Positions 9,453-22,256 are shown, numbered from the stretch's first letter. The stretch: DNA of 64,000 nt from Candidatus Bathyarchaeota archaeon (GCA_963815095.1 CAWFFH010000003.1:96001-160000), one strand, 5' to 3'. The notes: generated from the letters alone by a model not told the origin. Program-made: numbers and translations.

Positions 9453-11936
9453 ATGCAGCCTTTGCCTAAAGAATACAATTTTGCAGAGATTGAGCGTAAG
9501 TGGCAGCAGAAATGGGAAGAAATGGGCATTTACCATTATGACTGGAACGATAAGGAGCGGGTTCCTTTCAGCATAGATACACCGCCGCCCTACCCTTCAG
9601 GCGAATTGCACATGGGCAACGTCCTTAACTGGACATACTTTGACATGGTAGCACGGTACAAACGCATGCAAGGCTTCAACGTGCTCTTCCCCCAAGGCTG
9701 GGACTGCCACGGACTGGGCATAGAAATCCAAGTTGAAAAAGCAAGAAACATACGCAAACGCGATGTCCCCCCAGACCAATTCCGAACATGGTGCATCGAA
9801 CTAGTAGAGAAATACATTGCGATGATGAAGGAAGGCATCCTTGAGATGGGTGCAAGCATCGACTGGACCACTGAATACAAAACGATGGATCCAGACTATT
9901 GGCGCCGAACGCAATTGAGCTTCATTTTGCTTCATAGGAAAGATTACATGTATCGGGGCACGCACCCAGTTAATTGGTGTCCAAGAGACGAAACTGCAAT
10001 CGCCGACGCCGAAGTTGACCACATAAAGAAAGAAGGCGCATTGCATTACATTCGTTTTAACCTTGAAGGAAGCAGCGAATACCTCTTAATCGCCACTTCA
10101 CGCCCCGAATTCATTCCCGCATGCGTTGCTGTGGAAGTTAACCCTAAAGATGAACGCTACAACAAATACATTGGCAGAAAAATCGCTGTGCCCCTCATGA
10201 ACCGCGAAGTAACTATCATCCCCGAGGAGTCAGTGGACCCCTGTTTTGGCACGGGCGTCGTCCAAATCTGCACGTACGGCGACAAAGAAGACGTGAAAAC
10301 CGTCATAAAACACAAACTCCCAGTCATCAGGCTCCTAACCACAAACGGACAAATCAGCGAAGCAGGCTGCAAATACTCGGGTTTGTACGTTAACCAAGCA
10401 CGCGCAGCCATAGTTGCCGATTTAACCGCTGCGGGACTGCTCGAGAAAACCGAGAAGATTCAGCAGGAAGTCGGCGTCTGCGACCGCTGCAAAGCCCAAG
10501 TTGAAATCCTCGAGGTTAAACAGTGGTTCATGAAAGTTCTACCATTATCCGACGCCGTAGTGAAAAACGCCCTCGAAATCCCTTGGTACCCCGACTACAT
10601 GAAAAACCGCCTAATCGACTGGACTCGCGCTCTAGATTGGGATTGGGTTGTCAGCCGCCAACGCCTGTTCGCGACGCCCATTCCAGTGTGGTACTGCAAG
10701 AGCTGCGGCGAAGTCATTGTGGCAGAGGAAAGCTGGGTGCCGATTGACCCGCGAATGGAAAAACCAAGAATTGACAAGTGTCCCAGATGCGGCGGAACTG
10801 AATTCACGGGTGAAACCGACGTGCTCGACACGTGGATGGATAGCTCAATCACCTGCGCTGTACACGCTGGCTGGCCCGACCGACCAGACTGGAAACACCT
10901 GTTCCCCGCAAGTATGCACCCTAGCGGCACAGACATCATCCGAACCTGGGCATACTACCTCATGGTTCGCCACCTCGCCCTGTTCGACGAGCGCCCATTC
11001 AACAGCGTCCTCATAAACGGCATGGTCCTCGGCGCAGACGGCAGAAAAATGAGCAAATCCCTCAAAAACTACGCAGCCGCCCCCGAAGTCCTCAACAAAA
11101 GCGGCGCCGACGCAACCCGCCAATGGGCTGCTGGCGGAGGAGCAACAGGCTCAGACATTCCCTTCCGCGTCCAAGACGTCGAATACGGCAGACGCTTCCT
11201 AACCAAGCTCTGGAACGTCGCTGGGTTTGCAAGCAACCTTTTGGCAGACTACGACCCTAAAGCCAACGCCCAAGTTGACCTACAACCGCTTGATAAATGG
11301 ATTTTAAGCAAAACCGAAAATCTAATTAAAAAAGTCACCGAAGCTTATGAAAAATGCCAATTCAACAATGCCATCGAAGAAATCCGCAACTTCACCTGGC
11401 ATGTCTTCTGCGACTACTACATCGAATCAGTCAAAGACCGACTTTACCGCCAAGAAACAGAAAATTCATCGCCCAAAACGGCTGCTCAACAAACCCTCTA
11501 CAACGTCTTCTACAAGATCTTGCAGTTGCTAGCACCCATAACACCCCATTTGACTGAGGAAATCTACCAAAACATGTACGCTCAAACTAAGGGCTTTGTT
11601 AGTTTACAAATCACTCCCTGGCCAAAAATGGATAGCGCACCCGTTGATATGACGGCTGAAGAGGAAGGCGACAAAGTGATGGCATTGATCGAGGATGTGC
11701 GAAGAAAGAAAGCATCTCTAAAGTTGCCGCTGAACATTCCCATACTGTCCCTAGAAGTATACACAACAAACCAAGCAAACGCCGACTTAATCAACCAAAG
11801 CAAAAACGACATAGCAGGAACCCTTAAAGTTGTAGGTGACTTCAAAGTTGTCCCCCAAGCGGGTCAAGGGCAAGAAGTATCGCAGTTTCCAGGGGTCATT
11901 CCTGTCGCTGTCTTCGGAGTGGCAAATAAAAAATGA
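9453..11936 (+). CDS. valS: Valine--tRNA ligase
   Basis: DTPPP, HMGN, GWDCHG, WVVSRQR, KMSKS; archaeal-type ValRS. Confidence 0.96.
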   Translation: MQPLPKEYNFAEIERKWQQKWEEMGIYHYDWNDKERVPFSIDTPPPYPSGELHMGNVLNWTYFDMVARYKRMQGFNVLFPQGWDCHGLGIEIQVEKARNIRKRDVPPDQFRTWCIELVEKYIAMMKEGILEMGASIDWTTEYKTMDPDYWRRTQLSFILLHRKDYMYRGTHPVNWCPRDETAIADAEVDHIKKEGALHYIRFNLEGSSEYLLIATSRPEFIPACVAVEVNPKDERYNKYIGRKIAVPLMNREVTIIPEESVDPCFGTGVVQICTYGDKEDVKTVIKHKLPVIRLLTTNGQISEAGCKYSGLYVNQARAAIVADLTAAGLLEKTEKIQQEVGVCDRCKAQVEILEVKQWFMKVLPLSDAVVKNALEIPWYPDYMKNRLIDWTRALDWDWVVSRQRLFATPIPVWYCKSCGEVIVAEESWVPIDPRMEKPRIDKCPRCGGTEFTGETDVLDTWMDSSITCAVHAGWPDRPDWKHLFPASMHPSGTDIIRTWAYYLMVRHLALFDERPFNSVLINGMVLGADGRKMSKSLKNYAAAPEVLNKSGADATRQWAAGGGATGSDIPFRVQDVEYGRRFLTKLWNVAGFASNLLADYDPKANAQVDLQPLDKWILSKTENLIKKVTEAYEKCQFNNAIEEIRNFTWHVFCDYYIESVKDRLYRQETENSSPKTAAQQTLYNVFYKILQLLAPITPHLTEEIYQNMYAQTKGFVSLQITPWPKMDSAPVDMTAEEEGDKVMALIEDVRRKKASLKLPLNIPILSLEVYTTNQANADLINQSKNDIAGTLKVVGDFKVVPQAGQGQEVSQFPGVIPVAVFGVANKK

Positions 11937-12667
11937 AACGCGTCGGGTTAATTGGCTGTGGCGCAATCGGAACAGTTCTTGCGGAAGCAATCGAGCGCAA
12001 ACTGGTGGTCTGTGATGAACTGGCAATTTTCGATTTGGATGCGACCAAAGCAGAGAAACTCAAAGACCAAATAAAATTCCCGGTGAAAATCATGCCAAAC
12101 ATAGACGAGCTGCTCGCAGCCAAACCGACTATAATTGTTGAAGCAGCATCCCAGCAAGCTGTGCGAGAATACTATGATCAAATTTTAGCAACAAACACAG
12201 ACTTCATCATCATGAGCACAGGCGCACTCTTAGACTTAAACACAAACTCCCCTAAACTCCATTTTCCCTCAGGCGCCATCGGAGGTCTCGACGCGCTCTC
12301 GCCAGCAGCCTTAGCTGGAATTAGCGAGGTCACATTGACATCCCGCAAACCCCCCAAAGCATTGGGAAAAACCAACAGACAAGAGGAAACCGTCTACGAG
12401 GGCTACGCAGAGGAAGCCGCAAGACAGTTCCCAAGAGAAATGAACGTTGCAGCAACATTAGCGTTAACCGTTAAACCCGCCAAAGTAAAAGTGCGAGTCA
12501 TCTCTGACCCAGGTGTCACACGCAACACCCACCAAATTCACGTCAAATGGCGCTATGGCGAAATGACAATGCAATTCGCCAACGATCCCCACCCAGACAA
12601 CCCCCACACCAGCGCACTCGCAGCATGGTCAGCCATCAACCTGCTAAAATCACAACTAGAAAAATAA
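11933..12667 (+). CDS. nadX: L-aspartate dehydrogenase
   Basis: GxGxxG, EAASQ, SGAIGGLD, RKPP, NVAA, NxH, NPxTS motifs. Confidence 0.88.
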   Translation: MKRVGLIGCGAIGTVLAEAIERKLVVCDELAIFDLDATKAEKLKDQIKFPVKIMPNIDELLAAKPTIIVEAASQQAVREYYDQILATNTDFIIMSTGALLDLNTNSPKLHFPSGAIGGLDALSPAALAGISEVTLTSRKPPKALGKTNRQEETVYEGYAEEAARQFPREMNVAATLALTVKPAKVKVRVISDPGVTRNTHQIHVKWRYGEMTMQFANDPHPDNPHTSALAAWSAINLLKSQLEK

Positions 12668-12843
12668 CAACACCAAAAGCTCAGAACATTTAGTAAAGCG
12701 ATTTAATAAAGCAATACCCCATTAAAATCGCATCCATCTCAAATGAGACAAGCATAAACGTAAAGAAAGAAACTGACAGCTAAAACAAAAACAAAATTCA
12801 TATAAACAAAAAGAAAAGAAAGAAGAATACGGTTTTATTTTGC

Positions 12844-15800
12844 TCAGTTGTGTTTTCGTCGTCTGCGTCTGCTTGGGGGGTTTGGTCGTTGTTGTCCGCT
12901 TCCGTTATCAGTTCCGAATGCGCCGCCTGGGACGCTTCTGAAGGGTGGGACGGAATGTGGGCCTCCCTCCACCAATGAAATAGTTTCTATTGCTGGTTCT
13001 TCAAGAACTTTTTCAAGGGTAGTTTCGATTGGAGCTTGCTCTGTTACTTCGAAGGCTTGGAGCGGAGCTTCAATTACGCGTTGTTCTTCGTGAGCTGCTT
13101 CTGCAATTGGCTCGTTTGCGATGATTGCCTCTGCTTGAGCTTCGACTGGTGTTTCAATTATTGGGGCTGCTTCAACAACAGGAGCTTCTGCGATTATTGG
13201 AGTTTCGACTGCTGGAGCCTCAATAACTGGAACTTCTTCCACTGCGATTGTTGGTTGCTCGATTGGAGCTGCTTCAACAACTGCTACTTGAGCTTCCTCA
13301 ACGATTGCAGCTGGCACTTCAACTGGTGCTTCGATGATTGGAGCAGCTTGGATTACTTGTTCTTCGACTATTGGCTCTGCGATTACTGATTCATTTACTA
13401 TTTCAACTGCTGCTTCTGGCTCAGCTACAACTACTTGAGCCTCTTCTATTGGGGCAGCTTCTACAATTGGAGTTTCTTCAACGATTGGAGCTTCAATTAC
13501 TGGAGCTTCTAATATGGTTTCAACTGCTGGAGCCTCAACTGGTGCAGCTTCCTCAACAATTGGAGCTGCTTCTGTTGGGGCAGTTTCAACTGGGGCTTGC
13601 TCGATTGGAGCGGCTTCTTCTATGATTATTGCGGGAGCTCCTTCAACAATTGCCACTGGAGCTTCAATTGGTGTTTCAATTATTGGGGCTGCTTCAACAA
13701 CAGGAGCTTCTGCGATTATTGGAGTTTCGACTGCTGGAGCCTCAATAACTGGAACTTCTTCCACTGCGATTGTTGGTTGCTCGATTGGAGCTGCTTCAAC
13801 AACTGCTACTTGAGCTTCCTCAACGATTGCAGCTGGCACTTCAACTGGTGCTTCGATGATTGGAGCAGCTTGGATTACTTGTTCTTCGACTATTGGCTCT
13901 GCGATTACTGATTCATTTACTATTTCAACTGCTGCTTCTGGCTCAGCTACAACTACTTGAGCCTCTTCTATTGGGGCAGCTTCTACAATTGGAGTTTCTT
14001 CAACGATTGGAGCTTCAATTACTGGAGCTTCTAATATGGTTTCAACTGCTGGAGCCTCAACTGGTGCAGCTTCCTCAACAATTGGAGCTGCTTCTGTTGG
14101 GGCAGTTTCAACTGGGGCTTGCTCGATTGGAGCGGCTTCTTCTATGATTATTGCGGGAGCTCCTTCAACAATTGCCACTGGAGCTTCAATTGGTGTTTCA
14201 ATTATTGGGGCTGCTTCAACAACAGGAGCTTCTGCGATTATTGGAGTTTCGACTGCTGGAGCCTCAATAACTGGAACTTCTTCCACTGCGATTGTTGGTT
14301 GCTCGATTGGAGCTGCTTCAACAACTGCTACTTGAGCTTCCTCAACGATTGCAGCTGGCACTTCAACTGGTGCTTCGATGATTGGAGCAGCTTGGATTAC
14401 TTGTTCTTCGACTATTGGCTCTGCGATTACTGATTCATTTACTATTTCAACTGCTGCTTCTGGCTCAGCTACAACTACTTGAGCCTCTTCTATTGGGGCA
14501 GCTTCTACAATTGGAGTTTCTTCAACGATTGGAGCTTCAATTACTGGAGCTTCTAATATGGTTTCAACTGCTGGAGCCTCAACTGGTGCAGCTTCCTCAA
14601 CAATTGGAGCTGCTTCTGTTGGGGCAGTTTCAATTGGGGCTTGCTCGATTGGAGCGGCTTCTTCTATGATTATTGCGGGAGCTTCTTCAACAATTGCCAC
14701 TGGAGCTTCAATTGGTGTTTCAATTATTGGGGCTGCTTCAACAACAGGAGCTTCTGCGATTATTGGAGTTTCGACTGCTGGAGCCTCAATAACTGGAACT
14801 TCTTCCACTGCGATTGTTGGTTGCTCGATTGGAGCTGCTTCAACAACTGCTACTTGAGCTTCCTCAACGATTGCAGCTGGCACTTCAACTGGTGCTTCGA
14901 TGATTGGAGCAGCTTGGATTACTTGTTCTTCGACTATTGGCTCTGCGATTACTGATTCATTTACTATTTCAACTGCTGCTTCTGGCTCAGCTACAACTAC
15001 TTGAGCCTCTTCTATTGGGGCAGCTTCTACAATTGGAGTTTCTTCAACGATTGGAGCTTCAATTACTGGAGCTTCTAATATGGTTTCAACTGCTGGAGCC
15101 TCAACTGGTGCAGCTTCCTCAACAATTGGAGCTGCTTCTGTTGGGGCAGTTTCAACTGGGGCTTGCTCGATTGGAGCGGCTTCTTCTATGATTATTGCGG
15201 GAGCTCCTTCAACAATTGCCACTGGAGCTTCAATTGGTGTTTCAATTATTGGGGCTGCTTCAACAACAGGAGCTTCAACTACTGGAACTTCTGCTGCAAT
15301 TTCAACTGCTTGAGCCTCAACAATTGGGGCTTCCTCAACTGGGATAACTTCAATTGGAGCTGTCTCTATTGGGGCGGCTTCTTCGACAACTGGAGTTGCT
15401 TCAACTGGTGCAGCTTCCTCAACAATTGGGACTGCTTCTGCAACGATTTCAACTGCTGGAGCCTCAATAACTGGGGCTACTTCAACAACTGGAGTGCTTT
15501 CAACTACTGGAGCGGTTTCAACTGGGGCTTCGATGGTGGCTTGCTCAACTTGAGCTTCCACTGGGGCCTCTAAAGGGACCGCTGTCTCCACTGGAGCCGC
15601 TTCAACGATTGGAGCTTCAACTGGAACAGTTCCTACTGGAGCACACTCAACTGGGGCCGCTTCGGCTACTGGAGCTTCTGCAGGGGCAGTTTCAATTGGC
15701 GCTGTTTCGATTGGAGATGCTTCTTCAACCAGAGCGACTGGAGCTTCTTCTGCGATTGCTACTGGGGCTTCGACTGGTGTTTCAATTATTGGGGCTGTTT

Positions 15801-16815
15801 CAACAACTGGAGCTTCTGCGATTATTGGAGTTTCGACTGCTGGAGCCTCAATAACTGGAACTTCTTCCACTGCGATTGTTGGTTGCTCGATTGGAGCTGC
15901 TTCAACAACTGCTACTTGAGCTTCCTCAACGATTGCAGCTGGCACTTCAACTGGTGCTTCGATGATTGGAGCGGCTTCTTCAACCACTGGAGTTGCTTCT
16001 TCAATAACTGGAACTGCTTCGACTACAGGAGCTTCTATTGCTATAGATTCAACTACTGGAGCTTCTTCAACAATTGGTGTGCTTTCGATTACTGGAGCGG
16101 TTTCAACTGGGGCTTCGATGGTGGCTTGCTCAACTTGAGCTTCCACTGGGGCCTCTAAAGGGACCGCTGTCTCCACTGGAGCCGCTTCAACGATTGGAGC
16201 AGTCTCTGCTGGAGCACACTCAACTGGGGCCGCTTCGGCTACTGGAGCTTCTGCAGGGGCAGTTTCAATTGGCGCTGCTTCAACTGGACAAGTTTCAATA
16301 ACTGGCGCAGTTTCAACAGGTGTAGCTTCCACGGGGACCTCTAAAGGGACCGCTTCTACCGCCGTCGGTTGAGCTGCTGGAGCTTCCATTATTGGAGCTG
16401 GTTCAGGAGCTTGAATTTGTTGTGCGCAGGGAAAAATTTGGTCAATTGCTTGTTTTATTACGCCTAATTCTGTTCTGGTTGTTTCGAGCGTGTTTGAGAG
16501 AAGATTTATTTCCCGACCATAGCTTTCCTCGTCGATTTCTCCTACGACGTGTTGGATTTCGTAGTTAGCGAGGAGGGTTTCTAAGGTTTTTAGTTGGCCT
16601 TCTAGTTCCAGGGTTTTTGTTTGCATTTTTTCTGCGAGGTCTTTTCTTTGTTTTTCGATTTCAATTATTGCTGAGCTTATGTCGCCTGTGAATGAGTCGC
16701 GTGTTGCTTGTGAGATTTTGCCTGAAGTAAAAAGGTTGTCTAAGGCTTGCTTCTTTTTATTTGCTATTTCGTATTCTTCATTTAATCGTTTAAATGTATA
16801 TTTCCATGAAATCAC
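12844..16815 (-). CDS. CdvA-like coiled-coil protein with very long acidic E/A/P/V/I repeat tail; probable frameshift near 12966
   Basis: N-terminal ~130 aa coiled coil (KKKQALDNL..GKISQ..YEIQHVVGEIDEE) resembling CdvA-like proteins; likely GTG start at 16815 with GGTG upstream. Confidence 0.75.
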   Translation of the reverse strand: MISWKYTFKRLNEEYEIANKKKQALDNLFTSGKISQATRDSFTGDISSAIIEIEKQRKDLAEKMQTKTLELEGQLKTLETLLANYEIQHVVGEIDEESYGREINLLSNTLETTRTELGVIKQAIDQIFPCAQQIQAPEPAPIMEAPAAQPTAVEAVPLEVPVEATPVETAPVIETCPVEAAPIETAPAEAPVAEAAPVECAPAETAPIVEAAPVETAVPLEAPVEAQVEQATIEAPVETAPVIESTPIVEEAPVVESIAIEAPVVEAVPVIEEATPVVEEAAPIIEAPVEVPAAIVEEAQVAVVEAAPIEQPTIAVEEVPVIEAPAVETPIIAEAPVVETAPIIETPVEAPVAIAEEAPVALVEEASPIETAPIETAPAEAPVAEAAPVECAPVGTVPVEAPIVEAAPVETAVPLEAPVEAQVEQATIEAPVETAPVVESTPVVEVAPVIEAPAVEIVAEAVPIVEEAAPVEATPVVEEAAPIETAPIEVIPVEEAPIVEAQAVEIAAEVPVVEAPVVEAAPIIETPIEAPVAIVEGAPAIIIEEAAPIEQAPVETAPTEAAPIVEEAAPVEAPAVETILEAPVIEAPIVEETPIVEAAPIEEAQVVVAEPEAAVEIVNESVIAEPIVEEQVIQAAPIIEAPVEVPAAIVEEAQVAVVEAAPIEQPTIAVEEVPVIEAPAVETPIIAEAPVVEAAPIIETPIEAPVAIVEEAPAIIIEEAAPIEQAPIETAPTEAAPIVEEAAPVEAPAVETILEAPVIEAPIVEETPIVEAAPIEEAQVVVAEPEAAVEIVNESVIAEPIVEEQVIQAAPIIEAPVEVPAAIVEEAQVAVVEAAPIEQPTIAVEEVPVIEAPAVETPIIAEAPVVEAAPIIETPIEAPVAIVEGAPAIIIEEAAPIEQAPVETAPTEAAPIVEEAAPVEAPAVETILEAPVIEAPIVEETPIVEAAPIEEAQVVVAEPEAAVEIVNESVIAEPIVEEQVIQAAPIIEAPVEVPAAIVEEAQVAVVEAAPIEQPTIAVEEVPVIEAPAVETPIIAEAPVVEAAPIIETPIEAPVAIVEGAPAIIIEEAAPIEQAPVETAPTEAAPIVEEAAPVEAPAVETILEAPVIEAPIVEETPIVEAAPIEEAQVVVAEPEAAVEIVNESVIAEPIVEEQVIQAAPIIEAPVEVPAAIVEEAQVAVVEAAPIEQPTIAVEEVPVIEAPAVETPIIAEAPVVEAAPIIETPVEAQAEAIIANEPIAEAAHEEQRVIEAPLQAFEVTEQAPIETTLEKVLEEPAIETISLVEGGPHSVPPFRSVPGGAFGTDNGSGQQRPNPPSRRRRRKHN
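13147..15276. repeat. Coding tandem repeat, ~4.1 copies of a 522-bp (174-aa) unit
   Basis: Units start at 13147, 13669, 14191, 14713 and 15235 (partial); shadow ORFs recur every 522 nt; nearly identical copies. Confidence 0.95.
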
Positions 16816-17228
16816 GTTTAGGGCACCGTAGCATCCATAGGATAGTTGAGAATTAACGTTTGTTAACATGCGCATATATCGCTAACTATTAATTTCGGGT
16901 GGGTTAGCAGAAAAATGGAAATTTTAACGTTAAAACGAGTTGGGTTTGTATGGGTTTATGTAAATAAATAGTGAAATTTTTCTTGAAATTAAGCCTAATA
17001 AGATAACACTTCTATGTTAACTATCATGTGTGCAGGGCGATGTTATGTAGCTATATATGAAAACCCGTTTGAGGATATTCATGATTGTTTTTCTTTTGGT
17101 TCGATGGGTTGAGGTTCTGGGGTAGTTTAGTTTATCATTACTTTTCTATGTTTGTTATAACATTTTATTCTAAATCAGAATAAATCTTATATGTCTAAAC
17201 AAGAATAAACAATAATGGAGAGAAAAAA

Positions 17229-17600
17229 ATGGTAGCATTAACAATTACAGTAAACGGAGAAAAATCCGAAGCAAGAATAATCAAAAAAATGCATGAACGC
17301 GTAATCAAAAGCTTCATGGACACAATAATATTGTCTGAATTACGAAATGGACCCATAAGCGGATACGACGTCATTTCGTTCATACACAACAAATTTGGGT
17401 TCCTCGCCAGCTCTGGAACAGTGTATTCACTACTCTACTCGCTTGAACGCAATGGATTAGTCGAGGGAATATGGATCGAGCGTAAAAGAGTCTACAAACT
17501 CACAGAAAAAGGAGCAAAAACAATCGCAACCATCCTCAACTCACAGGAAAAAATCAAGGGTTTCATGTCAACAATCCTCTCAGCCCAAATAACCCATTAA
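17229..17600 (+). CDS. PadR-family transcriptional regulator
   Basis: GPISGYDVI..SSGTVYSLLYSLERNGLV..KRVYKLTEKG. Confidence 0.9.
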   Translation: MVALTITVNGEKSEARIIKKMHERVIKSFMDTIILSELRNGPISGYDVISFIHNKFGFLASSGTVYSLLYSLERNGLVEGIWIERKRVYKLTEKGAKTIATILNSQEKIKGFMSTILSAQITH

Positions 17601-17680
17601 CTGTTTCTTTTTATCACTAAAGCAATAGAAATACTAAAAAACCCCTTCGTGTTTTCCTATCAGCCGCAACGAATCTTTGC

Positions 17681-17758
17681 GGGTCCGTAGCTCAGTCAGG
17701 CTAGAGCATCGGACTTTTAATCCGAGGGTCGCGGGTTCAACTCCCGTCGGACCCGCCA
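17681..17758 (+). tRNA. tRNA-Lys (UUU), intronless, CCA encoded
   Basis: Acceptor stem GGGTCCG/CGGACCC, anticodon arm TCGGA-CTTTTAA-TCCGA, T-loop GGTTCAAC. Confidence 0.97.
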
Positions 17759-17930
17759 AAATTTCGTTACTCGTGTTTTTGTTAGCTCGTCCAATTTGGT
17801 GCGCAGCAGATATGGCTCACGCGCTTAAAAACAACTTTTAGGGCAGCCCTTAAGATTTTGAAATTCGCATTTAGGTCTTATGACTGCTCAACGGGTGACT
17901 TACCATTCTGTTATCGCCAGCTGGCTCATG

Positions 17931-20156
<2,226 letters not shown>

Positions 20157-20292
20157 TTAAGTCTTAATTATATTAGATAAAATACGTTATTGAATAATGA
20201 AAGTAGTCCCTTTGCCGCTTTGCTTTCAAAAGATATTGTAACACGATCAAGTGATGACAACAATTTCGCTAACGGCAACGCTGGATAGCAGA

Positions 20293-20535
20293 TTATTTTT
20301 TCTTTTTAAAAATAACTACTCGTTCTTTATAATTTACCTTACAAGTGTAACTTGAGGAAAGCCCAAGAAGACTTTGAACGCGTTTTTTATTCTTAGGATT
20401 TTCCCAAAACACCCGGTAATTAATCGCTGTTTTAGGCAACTGCAAACCCAGCATAGCTCTAAATTCTTGAGATGTGAATGTAACCGTTTCATCTGGATTA
20501 CCAAAATGACCTGAATATGACTGGTTTTTGTACAT
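20293..20535 (-). CDS. Hypothetical small basic protein
   Basis: ATG-initiated 80-aa ORF in an otherwise empty gap; no motif recognised. Confidence 0.45.
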   Translation of the reverse strand: MYKNQSYSGHFGNPDETVTFTSQEFRAMLGLQLPKTAINYRVFWENPKNKKRVQSLLGLSSSYTCKVNYKERVVIFKKKK

Positions 20536-20673
20536 CCGCCAACCTCGACTAATATTGTTTGAATGTCTCGGATTAATGCTAAAAGACTTATGAATTCAAG
20601 ATTCACAAAAAAGGCACACAATACTCTGTTAATAATCCGTAAGATAGAAAAAGGCATCCACTGACATACAATT

Positions 20674-21444
20674 ATGCCAAAACCTAATCAAGTCCATGAA
20701 GCCCCAAAGTCCCGTTGCCTATGGCTCGACGAATTAAGCACGGTTGAAGCAGAAGAAGCCGCAAAAGATGGCTCAGTCGTGATTTTTCCTGTAGGAAGCG
20801 TCGAGGAACACGGCGACCATTTGCCCCTTTGCACCGACAGCATCCAGCCAGAATACATCGCATTAGAAGTTGCCAAAAAAACCGGCTGCATCGTTGCGCC
20901 CCCCTTCAGGTACGGCATCTGCAACGCCACCCGCAATTTTCCTGGAACCCTAACCATAGAGTTCGATACGCTCTATAGGGTAGCGCATGATGTTTTGTCG
21001 GAGCTTGTCCGCAATGGCTTTTGCCGAATCATTGTGTTAAGCGGTCACGCCGGAAACTCGCATATGGTTGCGTTGAGGCTTGCAGCCCAAGACATAGTCG
21101 TAAAAAATGATGAGTCACAGGGTGTGGGTAAAGTGCGGATTATGGTGTTGTCTGATTTTGATTTTGCGGAAGAATTAACTCCCAAATACACCAGCGTAAA
21201 CGACGGGCACGCAGGTATGCTTGAAACATCACGGGTTATGGCGATTAAGCCTGAACTAGTTAAAGCTAAAGGCAAAGCAGATGTTTGGCGTATGCCCCGT
21301 TTTGAGGTTGTGTCGCATCCTGAACTTTATTTTCCAAGCGGAGTCAACGGAGACCCAACAGCAGCATCTCAAGAGAAGGGACAAAAAATAAACGAGTACA
21401 TCATTAAGCAGGTTGAGAAGCTAGTAAAAGAGCTTAGACAATAA
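20674..21444 (+). CDS. Creatininase/amidohydrolase family protein
   Basis: PVGSVEEHGDHLP..D, FPGT, SGHAGN, HAG..ETS. Confidence 0.92.
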   Translation: MPKPNQVHEAPKSRCLWLDELSTVEAEEAAKDGSVVIFPVGSVEEHGDHLPLCTDSIQPEYIALEVAKKTGCIVAPPFRYGICNATRNFPGTLTIEFDTLYRVAHDVLSELVRNGFCRIIVLSGHAGNSHMVALRLAAQDIVVKNDESQGVGKVRIMVLSDFDFAEELTPKYTSVNDGHAGMLETSRVMAIKPELVKAKGKADVWRMPRFEVVSHPELYFPSGVNGDPTAASQEKGQKINEYIIKQVEKLVKELRQ

Positions 21445-21497
21445 TTAGTTTGGATAAAGAAAAAGGAAAAATAGTATGAAAAGCGATGAATGTTTGG

Positions 21498-21677
21498 TTA
21501 CTTCTTAGGCTTCACTGGAGCTTTTGAAGCAGCACTTTTTGCTGGAGCTTTAACTGGCTTCATGGGTTCTTCGCAACAAATTAGTTCGCATGTTTCGTCA
21601 CATTCGCATGGATTCTCGATCAAAACGACAAGCCCGCATTCATCACACTTGTACTGTTCACCTTTCTTTTTTGCCAA
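21498..21677 (-). CDS. Small desulforedoxin-like Cys-rich protein (59 aa, absent from ORF track)
   Basis: TTG start after GGTGA SD; MAKKKGEQYKCDECGLVVLIENPCECDETCELICCEEPMKPVKAPAKSAASKAPVKPKK. Confidence 0.8.
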   Translation of the reverse strand: MAKKKGEQYKCDECGLVVLIENPCECDETCELICCEEPMKPVKAPAKSAASKAPVKPKK

Positions 21678-21824
21678 AAAATCACCTTCTAAAAAGCAGC
21701 TACATATTGGATTGTTTTCTGAAAATATAAGAATTTCTAGTTGACTAATTTTCTACCTAACTTAAGTTTTGGTATAACAGAAAAAGTTTAAAGGTCACCC
21801 AAAAGATAATTAATTAGTGATTTT

Positions 21825-22256
21825 ATGCAGTTTTTCACTTTAACGGACCAATCAAGCGTTAAGCATAAGGTTCTCGTCGTACCCTTGAGCCAAACAGAAA
21901 TGAATGAACTCGTAGGTAAATGCGAGAAATGTATGCCCTCAATCTCTATTTCGTCTATAATTCAAATAGGACACCCATACCTGACCGTCGATTTCGGCGG
22001 TGCTGATGCATGGAAAACAGCTATCGCTCTTGACAAAGAATCTGAAGATGGACATAAAATTGGAGATGAACTTGAGATTGGAGACATTTTAAATGTGATT
22101 TTAACCTCAGACCCTAAGGCTCTAAATGTTTCGAATGAAAAGGTTTACATGAACGTGCCTTTGGAAGCGGTTTTAGCGTTCAGTATACTCTACACTGCAG
22201 ACATCGCAGAGAACTATGCATTGTTCAAGATGATTAAGCAGCCTAAAGCCGAATAA
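21825..22256 (+). CDS. Hypothetical protein
   Basis: 143-aa ORF with upstream TTTAAA box; no family recognised. Confidence 0.65.
   Translation: MQFFTLTDQSSVKHKVLVVPLSQTEMNELVGKCEKCMPSISISSIIQIGHPYLTVDFGGADAWKTAIALDKESEDGHKIGDELEIGDILNVILTSDPKALNVSNEKVYMNVPLEAVLAFSILYTADIAENYALFKMIKQPKAE

Noticed and set aside
13147-15276. CRISPR array
   Set aside because: Long in-frame coding repeats with no unique spacers and no cas genes
13036-16301. Repeated plus-strand ORFs rich in Cys/Trp, Leu or Gly/Ala/Ser
   Set aside because: Antisense shadows of the repetitive minus-strand gene, recurring with the same 522-nt period
21490-21744. 84-aa plus-strand ORF
   Set aside because: Antisense to the better supported desulforedoxin-like gene
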